From contig JAGCJE010000271.1 of the NCBI GenBank assembly GCA_017648225.1, forward strand, positions 1 through 41,454: DNA of 41,454 bases, read 5' to 3'. The notes under the pieces are model-generated. The model made no database searches. It was not told the DNA's origin and saw nothing but the letters and a program-made list of their open reading frames with translations. Source of the DNA: Kiritimatiellia bacterium (GTDB lineage Bacteria; Verrucomicrobiota; Kiritimatiellia; RFP12; UBA1067). A program made the position numbers and the translations under genes. Of this stretch, positions 33,023 through 41,454 are shown in pieces; position 1 is the first letter of the stretch; each line of letters starts with the position of its first letter.

Positions 33023-33558
33023 AGTTTGAAAAGCATCTCAAGAATACCGGCATCTATGGCATCGTTTGCACTGCCTACAATGGCGACAAGTATCTCCGCA
33101 CCGGCAAGAACGGCCACGTCCTCGCACGTGTCCCCGCCGGATTCGCTCCCGTCGGTCAGGCCGTGACCCACGATCTCGAGGGTTGGATCAACGACATTCT
33201 CATCAAGGGCGCGGAGGAGCTCCACGAGGCGAAGCTGTTCGCCGCAAAGCTGGAGAAGGACGGCAAGGCGAAGGACATCCGTCGCATCTGGGCCGACGAC
33301 AATCGCCTCGGCGACGATGGGTTCGGTCTGCGTCGATGCGAAATCGACAACGCTGCTTTCGGCCTGATCGAGCGCGGCGACGACGTGCGCATCTTCGACC
33401 CGAATGTCGATTGTTCTCTGCTCGACGCGGATGATCTGGAGCCCATCGACGAGCCCGTCGAGGCGAAGGACGCCGAGACGATCACTCCCGCGCTCGTGGT
33501 TCTGGATCGTGACGAGACGGTCGTCGGCATCATTCTCGAGCCGTGGTGGGAGAATTGA
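33019..33558 (+). CDS. Hypothetical protein with an acidic C-terminal half
   Basis: ORF track. ATGA overlap with the upstream gene. Confidence 0.65.
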   Translation: MKFEKHLKNTGIYGIVCTAYNGDKYLRTGKNGHVLARVPAGFAPVGQAVTHDLEGWINDILIKGAEELHEAKLFAAKLEKDGKAKDIRRIWADDNRLGDDGFGLRRCEIDNAAFGLIERGDDVRIFDPNVDCSLLDADDLEPIDEPVEAKDAETITPALVVLDRDETVVGIILEPWWEN

Positions 33559-33665
33559 CCGCCGTGGTGATCGTGCTCCTGGGGATCGTGTTGATGATCT
33601 CTCTGGGCGCGTACTGGAACAATGATTTTGAAGAAGTCCAAGAGGACGCAGACAACGAAAAATAG
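33555..33665 (+). CDS. About 36-aa single-TM peptide (start uncertain: TTG 33555 or GTG 33564)
   Basis: Hand-translated as [35 protein letters not shown]. Confidence 0.35.
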   Translation: MTAVVIVLLGIVLMISLGAYWNNDFEEVQEDADNEK

Positions 33666-33677
33666 GAGGATATAACA

Positions 33678-34103
33678 ATGGCAAGAATCACTCTGAGCAA
33701 AAACACTGGTTTCACCCTGATCCCCGAAGGATTCCACGTTTTCAAGGTCGTTGATGTGGACATGAGCAAATACGACGGTTTCGGCAAGATCGAGGTCAAG
33801 CTCGAGACCGCGAACGGTCAGAAACATTCCGAGCGTTTCTCCCTGCTGAATAACAAGGGCGAGGTCAACGAGGGCGCGCTGAACGCGTTCAGCTATTTCG
33901 CCCGCACCGTCCTGAACGACTACAAGGCCGAGGACATCGATCCCGCCGAACTGATTGGTCATTTCATCCGCGCCGAGATCAAGCACGTCGTTTCCGATCG
34001 CATCAACGAAAAGACCGGCAAGCCGTACGTCAACGCGAACCTCGGCGACAAGGAACCCGCTCTCGGTTTCGACGGTGAGTCCGACGAACTGGAGGAGCTG
34101 TGA
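33678..34103 (+). CDS. Replication-module protein with an acidic C-terminal tail (DUF669-like, possible ssDNA-binding)
   Basis: 141 aa. Tail DGESDELEEL. Context between the recombination and nuclease/primase genes. Confidence 0.5.
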   Translation: MARITLSKNTGFTLIPEGFHVFKVVDVDMSKYDGFGKIEVKLETANGQKHSERFSLLNNKGEVNEGALNAFSYFARTVLNDYKAEDIDPAELIGHFIRAEIKHVVSDRINEKTGKPYVNANLGDKEPALGFDGESDELEEL

Positions 34104-34390
34104 TTCACGAGCGCGATCTCCAGTCGAAGTGTCTGAAATGGCTGCGGGATCGCGACATCTACACCATCAACACACACGGTGACGGCTGGGGCGGCAAAGG
34201 GACGCCGGATCTGACGATGTGCGTCAACGGTCGTTTCGTCTGCGCAGAACTGAAAGTCGGCGCGGGTGAAATGAGTTCCGCTCAAAAACTGCATCGCGTG
34301 TGGATCGAGCGCAACGGGGGGATCTTCTTCTCCCCGTACACGCTCGGGGAATTTATCGAAAAAATGGAGGGGATCATCAAAAATGAATAG
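34100..34390 (+). CDS. VRR-NUC domain nuclease
   Basis: GTPDLTMCVNGRFVCAELKVGAGEMSSAQKLH is a PD-(D/E)XK pattern typical of VRR-NUC. Confidence 0.75.
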   Translation: MIHERDLQSKCLKWLRDRDIYTINTHGDGWGGKGTPDLTMCVNGRFVCAELKVGAGEMSSAQKLHRVWIERNGGIFFSPYTLGEFIEKMEGIIKNE

Positions 34391-36317
34391 AGAATATGTG
34401 ATCCTCAATGAGAACAAAGAGCCGACTCACAAATTCAAAAATGGCGGAAAACCGTGGGAATCCGTCAAAAATGAGCCGAATCTCGCGCTGATCGTGCCCG
34501 AAGGATTCGTCGTTCTGGATTTTGACACCGAGTCTGATGCAAAAATCATCAAGGACATCGTCGACGGGATGGACCTCCCCGTTCGCGTGATGCAGACGAC
34601 GAGAGGCGTTCATGTCTGGTTTAAGGCCCCGGAGGGCGAGGAGATCAAGAACGGCATCAAGCAGCGACTCGCGATCGGTATCTATTCCGACCGCAAAGCC
34701 GGAGGCCGAAACGCATATGTCAAGATTCGCGACGGCGGTAAGAATCGCCCGTGGATCAAGTCGACGAGCTTTGATGACCTGATGGTTCTCCCCCGCTGGC
34801 TCCGCCCGATTCAGGGCATCCGCGACGGTGGGTTCGATTTCAAGGCTCTCGGCGAGGGCGGCGGACGGAATCAAAAGCTCTTTAACTACATCGTGTATTT
34901 GCAGAGCAAAGGATTCACCCGCGAGGAGATCAGAACCACGATTCGAGTGATTAACGACTATGTGTTCGAGAGTCCTCTCGACGACGAGGAGATGGACAAG
35001 ATTCTCCGTGATGAGTCGTTCAAGCCCGAGGAGCAGATCGCAGCAGAACAAGCCGAACGCAAGTCGAGCCGAGAGTTCAGACACAATGATTTCGGCGAGG
35101 AACTGATCGCGATGTATCACATCATTACATACAACGGTCAGCTCTACATCTACGAAGACGGCTTTTATCAGGCCGATGAGCGAATCATTGAGAACAAGAT
35201 GATCGAGATGTTCCCTGGCATCAAGCAACGCCAACGCGCCGAGGTGCTCGCGTACATACGCATTCGCACTCATGTCCCGGCGGGTGATCTGAGGTTCGAC
35301 CCGTGGACGGTCAATCTCAAGTCGGGCCGACTTAATCTCCGGACGCTGACTCTCAGTGAGCACACGCCGGACGCGATTGAGTTCGACCGCATCCCGGTCG
35401 ATTATGATCCGGATGCATATTGTGCAGCTCTCGACGGAATGCTCGACAAGGTGTTCTGTTATGACGAGGAGGTTCGCAAGCTGTTCGAGGAGATGGTCGG
35501 ATATACGCTGATGCGTCACGCGAATTATCAAAAGGCGTTCATGTTCTACGGCTCCGGCTCGAACGGAAAATCCACGATCCTCGATCTGATCAAGGCGTTT
35601 CTCGGTAAGCACAATTATGTATCGATCGACATTCGTGAACTGACGAAAAAGCAGTTCAGCGCGGCGGAACTCGAGAACAAGCTCGCGAACGTCGGCGACG
35701 ACATCAACGACGGCGCGATCGAGGGAACCGGCGTTCTCAAGAAGCTGTTCGCAGGAAACTCGATGCAAGTCGAGCGCAAGGGCGAAAGGCCCTTCCAGCT
35801 CGAGCCCTATGCGACCCACATTTATTCATGCAACGACATCCCGAGATCGGCGTCCGACAAGACGTTCGGATTCTATCGCCGATGGGCGTTCATCCCGTTG
35901 AAAGCGAAATTCTCGACCGCTGACGCCGATTATGATCCGCTGATCAAAGAGAAGATCGTCACGCCCGAGGCTCTGTCGTATCTGCTGAATCTGGCTCTCG
36001 AGGGTGCTCAGAGACTCATTCAGAGCAACGGATTCACCGAGCCGAAAGTCGTCGCGGAAACGCTCGAGTCGTACAAGATCGACAACTCCTCGACGCTGTC
36101 GTGGGTGGATGAGTGCAAGATCGCTCTGAGCGTGATTCTCGAAAAGCCGACGACTGAACTATATAGCATGTTTGCGGATTGGTGCAAACTGTCCGGCGTG
36201 AAGTCGACGCCGTCTCGAAAAACATTCTGTCGCGAGCTGCGCGATCGTTTCGATCTTGACGATGGCTTGCGTCAGGGTAAGGGCGGAAAGTGGTATTTTC
36301 GCGTAAATCTCGATTGA
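34383..36317 (+). CDS. Bifunctional primase-polymerase / D5-P4-type helicase
   Basis: AEP motifs VVLDFD and GVHVWF. Walker A GSGSNGKST. 644 aa. Confidence 0.85.
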   Translation: MNREYVILNENKEPTHKFKNGGKPWESVKNEPNLALIVPEGFVVLDFDTESDAKIIKDIVDGMDLPVRVMQTTRGVHVWFKAPEGEEIKNGIKQRLAIGIYSDRKAGGRNAYVKIRDGGKNRPWIKSTSFDDLMVLPRWLRPIQGIRDGGFDFKALGEGGGRNQKLFNYIVYLQSKGFTREEIRTTIRVINDYVFESPLDDEEMDKILRDESFKPEEQIAAEQAERKSSREFRHNDFGEELIAMYHIITYNGQLYIYEDGFYQADERIIENKMIEMFPGIKQRQRAEVLAYIRIRTHVPAGDLRFDPWTVNLKSGRLNLRTLTLSEHTPDAIEFDRIPVDYDPDAYCAALDGMLDKVFCYDEEVRKLFEEMVGYTLMRHANYQKAFMFYGSGSNGKSTILDLIKAFLGKHNYVSIDIRELTKKQFSAAELENKLANVGDDINDGAIEGTGVLKKLFAGNSMQVERKGERPFQLEPYATHIYSCNDIPRSASDKTFGFYRRWAFIPLKAKFSTADADYDPLIKEKIVTPEALSYLLNLALEGAQRLIQSNGFTEPKVVAETLESYKIDNSSTLSWVDECKIALSVILEKPTTELYSMFADWCKLSGVKSTPSRKTFCRELRDRFDLDDGLRQGKGGKWYFRVNLD

Positions 36318-36318
36318 G

Positions 36319-36534
36319 GTGATGATCGTGCCGAGGGAACGGTTGATCGACTCACCCGAAATGATCGCGCGTTGTTTGTCGTGTCCTCTCAAGGAGTGCA
36401 TTTGTAACACTCGCGGAAAATGTCCGATACTCGACCGGGAGGTGATAAATCATGACGGGAATCAAACTCGCGGTTCTGATCTGGATCGTCGCGGTATTGT
36501 TTTCGATCGTCGTGCATATACGGGACGACGATGA
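36319..36534 (+). CDS. Small Cys-rich protein (uncertain; 3' part overlaps the next micro-ORF)
   Basis: CLSCPLKECICNTRGKCP. The C-terminal third looks like off-frame sequence. Confidence 0.35.
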   Translation: MMIVPRERLIDSPEMIARCLSCPLKECICNTRGKCPILDREVINHDGNQTRGSDLDRRGIVFDRRAYTGRR

Positions 36535-36556
36535 TTTCGATGATGATCTTTTATAA
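36452..36556 (+). CDS. 34-aa single-TM peptide with an acidic tail
   Basis: Hand-translated as MTGIKLAVLIWIVAVLFSIVVHIRDDDDFDDDLL. SD GGGAGGTG. Confidence 0.45.
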   Translation: MTGIKLAVLIWIVAVLFSIVVHIRDDDDFDDDLL

Positions 36557-36576
36557 ATGAGTTGGAGGTATATTTC

Positions 36577-37242
36577 ATGAAAATCATTGAACCTTCGTTC
36601 AGATGGCTCGACGGGAAGATCCCCGACGGCCGAGCGATCCTCGCGAACATTGCGACCGCCGGTCGCGTTTGCTATCAGTCCGAACCGACCTCGGACGACG
36701 CGACGTTCGTTCGGAATCTCATCAAGCGCGAACACGAGTCTGTTATCGAACACGGATTGATCAGCGTTTTGCTCACGTGCGACCGTGGTGTCACGCATGA
36801 GGCCGTGAGACATAGAATCGCGAGCTATTCTCAGGAATCCACCCGCTACTGTAATTATAGCAAGGGGAAATTCGGAGCCGAGATCACTTATATCGACATC
36901 TCCCGAGGGATCGAGCTGTGTCCGGTGACTTCGAAGCTCGCGCCCGAGACGATCTCGGAGATCGTCGGCGTATGGTGGGCCGCTTGTCTGTATGCTGAGA
37001 ATGCATATATGCACATGATCGAGCTCGGAGCATCACCCCAGATCGCTCGATCCGTACTCAACAACTCCACGAAAACGGCGATCGTGGTCTCGATGAATCC
37101 TCGCGAGTGGCGACATTTTTTCAAGCTGCGCAACGATCCGGCGGCACATCCTCAGATGAGAGAAGTCGCGGGAATGATGCTCGCCGAGTTCAAAAACGCC
37201 GTACCGGTGATCTTCGACGATCTGGAGGTGCAGGATGATTGA
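36577..37242 (+). CDS. thyX: Flavin-dependent thymidylate synthase ThyX
   Basis: ThyX signature RHRIASYSQESTRY. ATG 36577 follows GGAGG. Confidence 0.85.
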   Translation: MKIIEPSFRWLDGKIPDGRAILANIATAGRVCYQSEPTSDDATFVRNLIKREHESVIEHGLISVLLTCDRGVTHEAVRHRIASYSQESTRYCNYSKGKFGAEITYIDISRGIELCPVTSKLAPETISEIVGVWWAACLYAENAYMHMIELGASPQIARSVLNNSTKTAIVVSMNPREWRHFFKLRNDPAAHPQMREVAGMMLAEFKNAVPVIFDDLEVQDD

Positions 37243-37816
37243 CAACGCAAAGAAAGACGCAGAAGCGTTGCGCGAGATATTGGTTGATGATTGCGTTGAC
37301 TTTCCGCATGTTGTTCACACTATGCTCCATAAAGCCGCCGACCTGATCGAATCCCTCGCCGCAGAGCTGGAGCAGGTCAAGCGGGAGCGGGATGGTCTGC
37401 AGGCGGAACTCGATGAGCTGAAAGAAGAGTATTATGTGGACATACACACCGCTCGTGACCCTATGGCGGACAAGATCAAGCAGCTTGAGGCGCGCGAGTG
37501 GGATTTGTTCGACCTTCTTTCATCCGCATGGTTTGGTAAGCGGTGCTATTTTCGACAGGATGACGGCAATGTTTACAGCCGCTTGACCGGAGAATATATG
37601 TTGTTTGATCAGGCGATTGATGAACTTGCGCACGAGCTGACCTATGACCGCGAATGCGAGCGGGCCGAACCCGTGCGGCATGGGCGGTGGGAACTCGAAA
37701 CATCAAAGTACCTTCGCCGCTGTTCTGCATGCGAAAAGGTGACCTTCTATCGCGGCGCTGGGCGTCATTACGACTACTGCCCCAACTGCGGCGCGAGGAT
37801 GGATTTGGAGGTGTAA
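37235..37816 (+). CDS. Hypothetical protein: coiled coil plus C-terminal zinc ribbon
   Basis: CSACEKV...YCPNCGARM. Codon style differs from neighbouring genes. Confidence 0.65.
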   Translation: MIDNAKKDAEALREILVDDCVDFPHVVHTMLHKAADLIESLAAELEQVKRERDGLQAELDELKEEYYVDIHTARDPMADKIKQLEAREWDLFDLLSSAWFGKRCYFRQDDGNVYSRLTGEYMLFDQAIDELAHELTYDRECERAEPVRHGRWELETSKYLRRCSACEKVTFYRGAGRHYDYCPNCGARMDLEV

Positions 37817-37818
37817 TC

Positions 37819-38250
37819 GTGAGTATATTCGACTACGTGCCCGAGAATCGAGCGGGTCGACGAGCTGAGAGTCGCAGACTCCAGCAGGAGGCCGAGGCGG
37901 AGGCGAAATATCTCGCAAGGCGTGATGCTGCAAAACGTGCGGCGATGGAAAAGATCGCACGTAACGGAATCACCATCGACGATCTCAAGCGCGAATATGA
38001 GCGCGGACGGAACGAGTCGATCACCGAGGTTTCTGAGTATGCGATGAAAATGATTTATTGCGGATTCGCTCTCGCGCTTAAGCGAGAGTTCAAGTTCGGA
38101 GCCGAGCGCGTTCTTCGAACGCTCCGCGCCGCTGATCAGATCATTCTCGAGGAGCTCACGACCGAGGACATCATCGATCGTGTGAGCCGAGAGCTCGGAA
38201 TCACTGTTCGGTTCGACTGTAAGAAGGGAGAGGAACTGTTTGACGTTTGA
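37819..38250 (+). CDS. Hypothetical protein
   Basis: Track ORF trimmed to GTG 37819, after GGAGGTG. Confidence 0.6.
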   Translation: MSIFDYVPENRAGRRAESRRLQQEAEAEAKYLARRDAAKRAAMEKIARNGITIDDLKREYERGRNESITEVSEYAMKMIYCGFALALKREFKFGAERVLRTLRAADQIILEELTTEDIIDRVSRELGITVRFDCKKGEELFDV

Positions 38251-38575
38251 TGAATATCAAGCACTCGCTCAGAGGACGAGCTCGAAATGGCACAGTCGCA
38301 TTTTGAACGGTGCGCTCGGTCTCTCGGGTGAGGTCGGTGAGTGTGCTGACCACGTGAAGAAGCATTTTTTTCAAGGTCACAATCTCGATTGTGCTCATCT
38401 CGCCGAGGAGATCGGCGATGTGCTGTGGTATTGTGCGGAACTGGCCTCGGGAATCAATCGATCTCTCGATGAGATCGCTGAGATGAACATCGCAAAGCTC
38501 CGCAAACGATACCCGGACGGGTTCGATTCTGAGAGAAGTGTCCACCGCGCCGAATATGAGGTGATTGAGAAATGA
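38240..38575 (+). CDS. MazG-like nucleotide pyrophosphohydrolase
   Basis: LSGEVGECADHVKK...LAEEIGDVLWYCAELA...MNIAKLRKRYP. TTG start. Confidence 0.8.
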   Translation: MTFDEYQALAQRTSSKWHSRILNGALGLSGEVGECADHVKKHFFQGHNLDCAHLAEEIGDVLWYCAELASGINRSLDEIAEMNIAKLRKRYPDGFDSERSVHRAEYEVIEK

Positions 38576-38886
38576 GTTGTCTCGGATGCAAGCATTATCT
38601 CGGCGGCGGGTGCTGCCGAATGAATCTTGAGAGCGAATGCGCTGCCGGTGGTTTCGAGATGTACGAAACCGATATGTATCAATATTATTGCAAGGCTAGA
38701 CCGCCGATGCCCGGGACGATTCCGACCGACAGAGCGTTGATCGTCGAAGTCGAGGCGTACGACGAGCGTCGATATGTTCCGGAGGTCGACTGTATGGCGT
38801 GGGGTTGGGTCGTGTACGATCGTCCGTTGACGTCGGATGAAATCTTCGATTATGAGCTGAGATCAGCTCCGAGGGAGGTGGAATGA
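38572..38886 (+). CDS. Hypothetical protein (Cys-rich N-terminus)
   Basis: ORF track. ATGA-type coupling to neighbouring genes. Confidence 0.6.
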   Translation: MSCLGCKHYLGGGCCRMNLESECAAGGFEMYETDMYQYYCKARPPMPGTIPTDRALIVEVEAYDERRYVPEVDCMAWGWVVYDRPLTSDEIFDYELRSAPREVE

Positions 38887-39188
38887 TGAGAAAGTTCAAT
38901 GAAAGGATCATCGGAGATTTAGCTCCAGAACCTCAAACCGTTCCCCCGATGCCTCCGATCAAGCAGGTGCGATCCGCCGTCGATCATCCGAGTCACTACA
39001 ATGTCGGAAAGATCGAAGTCATCGACGCGATTGAGGCGTGGGGCCTGAATTTTAGCCTCGGGAACGCTGTCAAGTATATTGCTCGAGCCGACCACAAGGG
39101 CAAGCCGATCGAGGATTTGCAGAAAGCCCGGTGGTATATCGAGCGCGAGATCGAAAGGAGAATGAACGATGAAATTGATCGTCGATAA
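38883..39188 (+). CDS. DUF3310-family protein
   Basis: HPSHYNVGKIEVIDAIEAW...GNAVKYIARADHKGKPIEDLQKARWYI pattern. Confidence 0.7.
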   Translation: MMRKFNERIIGDLAPEPQTVPPMPPIKQVRSAVDHPSHYNVGKIEVIDAIEAWGLNFSLGNAVKYIARADHKGKPIEDLQKARWYIEREIERRMNDEIDRR

Positions 39189-39489
39189 GATGCCGGAAAC
39201 GGCGAAAGAATGTCTGTTCGCGGCGATGGGAACCGGAAAGCCTCGCTGTCGCCATGATTCGAAGCTGTGTCCGCTGTTGCGCGGTGAGGAGTGTCCTCAC
39301 ATGATGGAGATTCCCTCCCCCAAGTCTGTTACGCTCACTCAGGCATGTGAAATAATGGGTCTCACCAAATCGACCCTCGAGTCTAAGAAGCTAGATGGTT
39401 ATAACGCCCAGATGAGCGTCATTGACGAACTGGCCCCCGAGCCTAAGAAGCGCACGACCAAGCGATCCACGGCTAAGAAAGCCGACTGA
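39169..39489 (+). CDS. Hypothetical protein
   Basis: ORF track. Confidence 0.55.
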   Translation: MKLIVDKMPETAKECLFAAMGTGKPRCRHDSKLCPLLRGEECPHMMEIPSPKSVTLTQACEIMGLTKSTLESKKLDGYNAQMSVIDELAPEPKKRTTKRSTAKKAD

Positions 39490-39509
39490 CATCTGAGGAG
39501 GTGTCCCAC

Positions 39510-39830
39510 ATGAAGAAGGGAAAAAAGAATCGACGTTGGAATCTCTCCGTCGCCGAGACTCTCACTCTCCATCAACTGTATTGTGATCTCCATCGACCTA
39601 AGATTTTCAAAATGGAAATGGAGGGCAAGATTTTCGAGGTTGTCGCTCACGTCGATTTGCGCGACCCTGTCCCGGTGAAGTATGTGAAGGAACAACTCGC
39701 TCGAAAGCTCGCCGAGGCGATGATCGCTAATGATGTGGTGAAAATCGACGTTGTGGATGATTCTGCTCTATGGGGTGAGAAGTTGTTGCGCGGGACATTG
39801 CGAGTCGTCGTTCCGAAAGGGGTGTTCTAA
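39510..39830 (+). CDS. Hypothetical protein
   Basis: ATG 39510 follows GAGGAGG (39496-39502). Confidence 0.6.
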   Translation: MKKGKKNRRWNLSVAETLTLHQLYCDLHRPKIFKMEMEGKIFEVVAHVDLRDPVPVKYVKEQLARKLAEAMIANDVVKIDVVDDSALWGEKLLRGTLRVVVPKGVF

Positions 39831-40162
39831 TGGAATATGTTTTCCGTTTTCTGTCCGGGTTCGCTGTGACGCTCATGGGCTGTCTGATCGCGCTCCTGAG
39901 CATGCGTCGAACCATTCGGGAGAACGCGCACGAGCTGGAGGAGACCGAAAAGAATCTCACGAAGCTCCCGTCGTATATCTGGGTTGATGTGAACGATCGT
40001 CTCCCGATAAGCGACGGCGAGTATCTCGTCGAGTATTGTTTCGAGAATTATCCCGACGTGAGAATGCATGCTATTTACGATTTCGATGTTCGTCTGGATC
40101 GTTTTCAGCATGAGGGTTTTCACGGGATGAAGGTTGTCCGCTGGGCCGAGCTGCCGAGATGA
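39830..40162 (+). CDS. Membrane-anchored protein with a DUF551-like C-terminal domain
   Basis: TM FLSGFAVTLMGCLIALL. IWVDVNDRLPISDGEYLV is DUF551-like. Confidence 0.55.
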   Translation: MEYVFRFLSGFAVTLMGCLIALLSMRRTIRENAHELEETEKNLTKLPSYIWVDVNDRLPISDGEYLVEYCFENYPDVRMHAIYDFDVRLDRFQHEGFHGMKVVRWAELPR

Positions 40163-40172
40163 GGTGATTTTG

Positions 40173-40550
40173 ATGTACGATTGCGAAGTTGAATTGAGAC
40201 CGTTGACATTGGCGTTCATCGGTTACGATGAGGGACAAACTCGTCGATATTTCGCCGAATTTGCGAAAGTGAATTCCGATCAGGTTTCACATTTCCTCGA
40301 TCGCGACGGTCGTATTTTGTTTAAGGATGGCACAGTCGTTCGTCGCGTACATTACGATCGTAATCGTCTGATGGGTTGTCAGTTCGATCAGGTGATCATC
40401 GCGGTTGACTGGCGCGGAGTTTACAATTGGCCCGAGGAGCGGTTTGTCCTGATGCGTGAAGTGTACGAGCGAACGTCGAGGAGTTGCGTCCCGGGTCAGT
40501 TCCTCACCATTATCTATGATCTGGATTCGGAGGTGGTCCACGATGAGTGA
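40173..40550 (+). CDS. Hypothetical protein
   Basis: ATG 40173 follows GAGGTG (40161-40166). Confidence 0.6.
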   Translation: MYDCEVELRPLTLAFIGYDEGQTRRYFAEFAKVNSDQVSHFLDRDGRILFKDGTVVRRVHYDRNRLMGCQFDQVIIAVDWRGVYNWPEERFVLMREVYERTSRSCVPGQFLTIIYDLDSEVVHDE

Positions 40551-40971
40551 TCTGATCGATCGTTCCAAGCTGCCGACAATTCGCATCACGATTCCCGCGC
40601 ATCTCTGCGATGCGAGCTGTCGCGGCATCGTCGAGATCGTGGCGAACGGTTTTCAAACCTTGATTGACTCGGCTCCGGCGGTCGACGCCGTTCCTCGCGA
40701 CGAATACGATGCTCTGTTGAAACGGTTCCGGCATCTGCTCGAGAGCGATTTCATCCGGAGTTTCGACGAGTATGATCCTCGGACTCAGACGTACAAGCGC
40801 GACATCATAGAGGCGGACGACGCTGTTCGGATGGTTCGTTGCAAGGACTGTGAACACTGGCAGCAGAGTCGACGTACACCGCTCGGATCGTGTTATTGTG
40901 AGTGCCTCGGGGTATATCGCCCCATTCATTTCTACTGTGCATACGGTAGGAAAATAGTCAAAAACGACTAA
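40543..40971 (+). CDS. Hypothetical protein with a C-terminal Cys cluster
   Basis: ATG 40543 overlaps the upstream stop. CKDCEHW...CYCEC. Confidence 0.6.
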   Translation: MSDLIDRSKLPTIRITIPAHLCDASCRGIVEIVANGFQTLIDSAPAVDAVPRDEYDALLKRFRHLLESDFIRSFDEYDPRTQTYKRDIIEADDAVRMVRCKDCEHWQQSRRTPLGSCYCECLGVYRPIHFYCAYGRKIVKND

Positions 40972-41230
40972 CACGATCCAACATAACCGACTAACATGAT
41001 CTAACATCATTAACATCATTTCGCCGGTGATCGGCTGTTCGGGCCCGAAAATCCGTCGACGAGAAAAATTGAAAATTTCAATCAGACCGTCGAAACGGTC
41101 GATCTCGGCGAAAATGATGTTATCATTTAAGGATCATGTTGAAAATGATGTTAATGCAGATTGCACAAAAAGAGGTGTTGAAAACGCCGATTTGATGGGG
41201 TTCTTTTGTTCAAGGTCTCTATATTTTATA

Positions 41231-41367
41231 TATTATATAACATCATAATATTATTTCTTTCAAATTATAAGAAAAATAATAGATATATAAATATATAAGA
41301 TATAAGAGAGATAAGAGAAAAGAAAGTATATAAGATTTTCGAGAAAAATGATGTTTTCATGTTATTG
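41231..41367. repeat. AT-rich ~137-bp block, copy 2 (partner at 21581-21717)
   Basis: Same ordered shared strings as copy 1. Ends about 20 bp before the SD of the first late gene. Confidence 0.85.
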
Positions 41368-41388
41368 CGTGATTTCAGGAGGTGCGAT

Positions 41389-41454
41389 GATGAAAAATGT
41401 CCCGTGTCGATATTGTGAGACTCGTGTCCTCGGGTGTCACGATCGATGTGAAAA
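41389..41454. repeat. 66-nt exact copy of window positions 1-66 (circular-assembly overlap or terminal redundancy)
   Basis: Character-by-character identity of GATGAAAAATGTCCCG...GATCGATGTGAAAA at both ends. Confidence 0.95.

Larger units (their letters stand above)
1..41454. mobile_element. Complete genome of a temperate siphovirus-type dsDNA phage (excised prophage), assembled as a circle
   Basis: Complete ordered packaging, head, tail, lysis, lysogeny and replication modules. The window ends are identical (1-66 = 41389-41454). Confidence 0.9.

Noticed and set aside
41027-41248. 73-aa + strand ORF inside the AT-rich non-coding region
   Set aside because: It has no ATG (non-ATG start only) and no SD. 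It runs through the iterons and palindromes and ends in the TATA-rich block. The composition is unlike any coding region here.

Overview
The window is one complete, circularly assembled temperate siphovirus-type phage genome. Positions 1-66 repeat exactly at 41389-41454, giving a unit length of 41,388 bp. Strong GGAGG Shine-Dalgarno sites, frequent GTG/TTG starts, a large serine integrase, a CHAP endolysin and GC-rich coding sequence suggest a GC-rich Firmicutes/Clostridia-like host; this is inference only.

Layout:
- 2-21.3 kb, + strand: late operon. It runs Cys-rich protein, sigma-70 region-4/ArpU-RinA-like regulator, HNH, terS, terL, portal, protease, HK97-type capsid, connectors, major tail, G/GT chaperones (-1 slippery site), tape measure, Dit, Tal, three fibre/baseplate proteins, endolysin and holin.
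- 21.3-26.7 kb: accessory/lysogeny block. It holds a membrane-anchored moron, a P22 immI-like unit (RHH repressor divergent from a BRO-N antirepressor operon), two paralogous small acidic genes, serine integrase and an XRE repressor.
- 26.7-41.0 kb, + strand: early genes. They include Cro-like protein, SNF2 helicase, AP2/HNH-like protein, family-B polymerase fused in frame to an ERF annealase, YqaJ exonuclease, NrdR-like zinc ribbon, VRR-NUC, primase-helicase, ThyX, MazG, DUF3310 and hypotheticals.

Most unusual observations:
1. Two paralogous AT-rich non-coding regions (21.3-21.7 kb and 41.0-41.4 kb) bracket the late operon. Both carry arrays of a TAACATSAT 9-mer and share a ~137-bp block.
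2. An operator family ACRAAAYGTGAC occurs in the immunity region, at the moron promoter and in front of the polymerase and exonuclease genes. At the last two it sits inside a conserved 30-bp element upstream of TTG starts.
3. The tail fibre combines collagen-like repeats with a complete metallophosphoesterase motif set. Its composition is atypical and a displaced 3' gene remnant follows it.
4. An ATP-cone-less mini-NrdR is encoded in the early region.
5. The PolB and ERF coding regions have no stop codon between them.
6. An orphan antisense terminator in the antirepressor leader suggests a sar-like sRNA.

No tRNA, rRNA, CRISPR array or transposase was recognised. All function calls rest on motif recognition by eye and were not checked against any database.
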